A stretch of DNA of 64,000 nucleotides from positions 1-64,000 of the forward strand of contig QPMI01000254.1 in NCBI GenBank assembly GCA_004431415.1, given 5' to 3'. Under the pieces are notes generated by a model. It did no database searches and was not told the DNA's origin. It saw only the letters and a list, made by a program, of their open reading frames with translations. Shown piece by piece: positions 60,927 to 64,000 of the stretch; the first letter of the stretch is position 1, and each line of letters begins with the position of its first letter. The position numbers were made by a program, and so were the translations under genes. The DNA is from Cyanophora paradoxa CCMP329 (Eukaryota; Plantae; Glaucophyta).

Positions 60927-63003
60927 ATGAAGAGAGAAAGGCGATCCAGCGATTCGAGCGAGACAAGCGGTGCCAGTGAACCAGTGAGCATGCGCTCCAC
61001 GACCTTCTTGTCGCACCTCACGCGTTGTGCAGTGTTCTTCGGCGCTTCTGGGCCTTCCGGACGTGCTTCTGTGCCGGGTGATCAAATCGGTGTGTGCCAC
61101 TGAGGACGACTACGACAGCAGCTGCGAGTCGATGGAGGCAAAGCACCGTGCCTTTGTCGCGCCTCCGGCCGCGGCATCGTCGCCCTCCACAGCTGAGCAG
61201 CAGCCGTGTGTCGATCTGCGGCGGTTGAGCGATCTGCGGCGAGTGTGTCGGCGGCTCAAGGACGTGGTCGATGCATGCGTTGCGTCGCCGCGGGTCCGGA
61301 TGGCCATGAACGCGACGGATGTGAAGGAGGAGTCCGAGGCGGCTCTCGAGCGCCTCTGCGCGCGCGCGGCCCGTATGTGCGGGCCCGATATCAAGGAGAT
61401 CGTCCTAAAGATCTATCCAGTCGAGGTCAGTCCTGCTTAAATTGAAATCGTCGCTTGAAATGATCCCTCCGCACCTCCTGACGTCGCGCGGGCTCGAGCG
61501 CAGCGCTGTAACCGTCCAGCATTCTCCCTGGCGCCGCTGGCGCAGTTCGCAGACCTCGGCGCCCTTCGAGTGTACGGGGAGAACCGCTGGTTCCATAGCG
61601 TCCGCATGCTGGATTCGGAGCATGTGTTGTCGCTCGCGTCTCTCTCTAAGCTCTCTCGCCTCGACCTGAAGGGTCTTTCCATCAGCCCAGCGGCCGTGGC
61701 GGCCCTGCACGAGCTCCCCCTTGCGGCATTCGCGGCGTCGTTTTACTGCAGCGACTTTGCGGACGATACTGACGACGAGGACGAAGAGGCCGCCTACCGG
61801 GGCGATCGCTACGTACCCGCTGCAGAGGCCGCTGTGTCTGCCGTCGTGACAGCCTTCCCCGGCCTGCAGCGGCTGCTCCTCTACATGGCATTGTGCGCCG
61901 AAGTCGTGGAAGCCTGCAACGTCAACGTTCCTCCCAGCGTGCTCCGGCCCCTCGCTTCCCTCGCCTCTCTCCGATGTGCGCGTCGCGCCTCGCTCCGATC
62001 CCCTCAGCTCACGTGCCCGCAGCGCTCAGCCTGAGCTTCGACGACGATGCTGGGCTGCAGTCCGTCGCGCCGATCGCCGCCCTCTCTCGGCTCGAGCACC
62101 TCGCTCTGGAAGCCGGCTTCATCGAGAACATGCAGCAGCTTTCTTCCATGACCGCCCTCCGATGTGCGCTCCCGCCCGTCCCTTCCAGTCCATGGGCACT
62201 CGGGCGTGACTTCCTCCCGCGCAGCGCTGCACCTGCAAGACACGCACCGTCGAGGCACGCTGGCTTCTGAGGAGCTCTCGTCCCTCGCCCGGCTGCCTCA
62301 GCTGGAGGCGCTTCGAGTCCAACTGTCGGAGCAGGGCGGCGTTGACCTCTCTTCGCTCTTCGGCCTCGCCCCCCGCCTTCGCCTCCTCTCTTTCGAAATC
62401 GATAAGGAAGATCTGTGGTTAGAGGATTTGAATTCCGTGGGCCGTAGGATCGCGAAGACTCTTCTACGCTTCACTGCGCTCGAGGCAAGGCCGCCTCACG
62501 CCACTGCCGTCCGTCCCTCTCTGACAGCTCCGCAGCACGTTTGGCTCGACCTCCCTGAGCCCTGCGCCCTCGCCCTGTCGAGGCACTCACTGGCCCCGTG
62601 GAGCGGCGTGCGCACCCTCGGCCTCGGAGGCCACGACCCTTCCGCCGATCTCGTCAGGGTGACTCTCGCCGCTCCTCCCGATGCACGCACGCTAACATAC
62701 AGCTGCCCGCAGCGTATCGCGTTTGACATGACGAGCCTGCGGGAGCTGGTTCTGGGAGGCTCCCTGCCCCTCCCGCTGCCCGCCGATGTCGCCGCTGCCT
62801 TCCGTGGCCGCCTTCGCCGCGTTCGCATGCGAGCGAACGTTGAGCAGGTGCAGTCCACTGGCGACGCAGCAACTACAGACGAGCTGCGCGCCCGGCTGGC
62901 TGTGCGCCCACGCCAGTGTGGATATCGATACACAGCCCAACGCTGACGCTCGGCGCAGGAGCTCGAGGGCGCCATTGGTGTCGCGGTTGAGCCCTTGCCG
63001 TGA
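60927..63003 (+). CDS. F-box-like/LRR protein
   Basis: LLGLPDVLLCRVI...LRRVCRRLKDVVD (F-box split by an insert); LRRs LSKLSRLDL, LSRLEHLAL, LPQLEALRV; 7 introns joining in frame. Confidence 0.7.
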
Positions 63004-63298
63004 TCATTGATCAACCATCTGTAGCTAGGCTCATATGCATGGCCAGCGCAAGTTCGGGTCCCGCGCTTGCGGTTTCCTCCGTTTCTTCAGCGTCAGTATT
63101 CTGTTCCCTCGCATTTTCGGTGGTCAGCGCCTCTATCTTCTGCCAGTGCTCGCTGGAGCATGTGCGAAGCCGGTAGAGCGTCCCCTCGTTTTTCAAGGCT
63201 TGCAATTGCAGTAGTACTGGTGCCGTGAATTCGATCAGGGGCACTGTGGCATGTGCATTGGAGCGAAATCTAGATCTAGAGCAGCAACCGCCGGCGGC

Positions 63299-64000
63299 CT
63301 ACCGTAGTACCCCGCTTAGCGTCAGGGGGTCGGCTCGCCCAGCGGCGGAGGCGGATCGGCCTCCGCGGCCGGAGGGTCGGGTGGATCTGGGGCAGTCGTG
63401 GGCGCCTTTTCCGCTGCTGACGCTGCCGCCCCAGGCAGTGCCGGCGCTGGCGCCGGGGTCGGCTCCGCAGCAAGTGCTGGGGCGGCGGGCTGGGGCGGCG
63501 GCTCGGGGGCGGGAGCGGGGGGAGGGGAGGGGCCGGGGCCGGGGAGGGATCCGGACGGGCGGCGGGCGGGGGGAGGGGCGGGGCCCGGCGGGCCTCGGCG
63601 GGGCCGGGCGGGGGCCGGCTGGGGCTCGTCGTCGAGGGCGTCGAGGTCGATCTTGAGGAGGAAGCCGGCGCCGACGGTCCGCGCCGTCTGCGCCGGCGGC
63701 GCCGCCCCGCCCTCCGCCTCCGCCCGGCCTCGCCCCCGCCTCCTGCAGGGTCTCCATCCGCTCGTCCGGGGCCCCCGAGGGCCGCCGCGCCGTCGCCGGG
63801 CCGGCCGGGGTGGAGCTGGCGGGGGAGAAGGGGCCGGCGGGGCTCGGGGGCGCGTCGGGGGCGAAGGCGATGATGGAGGAGTGGCGGGAGTGGCGGCGGG
63901 CGGTGCGGGTGCCGGCGAGCAAGGCGGAGCCGGCGGCGCTCGACATGACCGAGGAGCGGCGGCGCTGCAGCACGGGCTGCTTCGCCTGCTCCTCGGCCTG
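63299..64000 (-). CDS. Probable low-complexity 3' end of a gene entering from the right edge
   Basis: Open Ser/Pro/Ala-rich frame with gene-like GC content; no domain recognised. Confidence 0.4.
   Translation of the reverse strand, partial: QAEEQAKQPVLQRRRSSVMSSAAGSALLAGTRTARRHSRHSSIIAFAPDAPPSPAGPFSPASSTPAGPATARRPSGAPDERMETLQEAGARPGGGGGRGGAAGADGADRRRRLPPQDRPRRPRRRAPAGPRPAPPRPAGPRPSPRPPPVRIPPRPRPLPSPRSRPRAAAPARRPSTCCGADPGASAGTAWGGSVSSGKGAHDCPRSTRPSGRGGRSASAAGRADPLTLSGVLR

Overview
Very GC-rich, gene-dense eukaryotic nuclear DNA; all gene models below were read by eye and are approximate. About 20 protein genes are split by many 50-100 nt introns, often with GC donors. A PAS-GAF-PHY-PAS phytochrome with a GAF chromophore Cys, together with this intron style, suggests a glaucophyte alga such as Cyanophora (inference). 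Recognisable genes: a TmcB-like membrane protein (3' end), four F-box proteins (one fused to a cullin-repeat-like domain, one to a ubiquitin-like domain), NMNAT, a GOST-like 7TM protein, two near-identical beta-tubulins, a C2H2 zinc-finger/2H-phosphoesterase, two tRNA-Glu(CTC), an RWD-RING E3, a Dpy-30-like/DUF4062/NACHT protein convergent with a soluble-adenylate-cyclase-type STAND protein, a USP Cys-box fragment, a divergent HECT-like protein, an ATP-grasp ligase, a SMYD methyltransferase and a saccharopine-dehydrogenase-like protein. The most notable observations are: a patchwork ~1 kb insertion copied from the cyclase 5' region and flanked by a 10-bp direct repeat; relaxed splicing (GC donors, one probable GA donor, C-rich intron 5' halves, microexons); a perfectly conserved foldable element behind both tRNA copies; and a phytochrome whose kinase module looks dead. 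No CRISPR array, rRNA or autonomous transposon was seen. Most long ORFs in the supplied track are GC artefacts.
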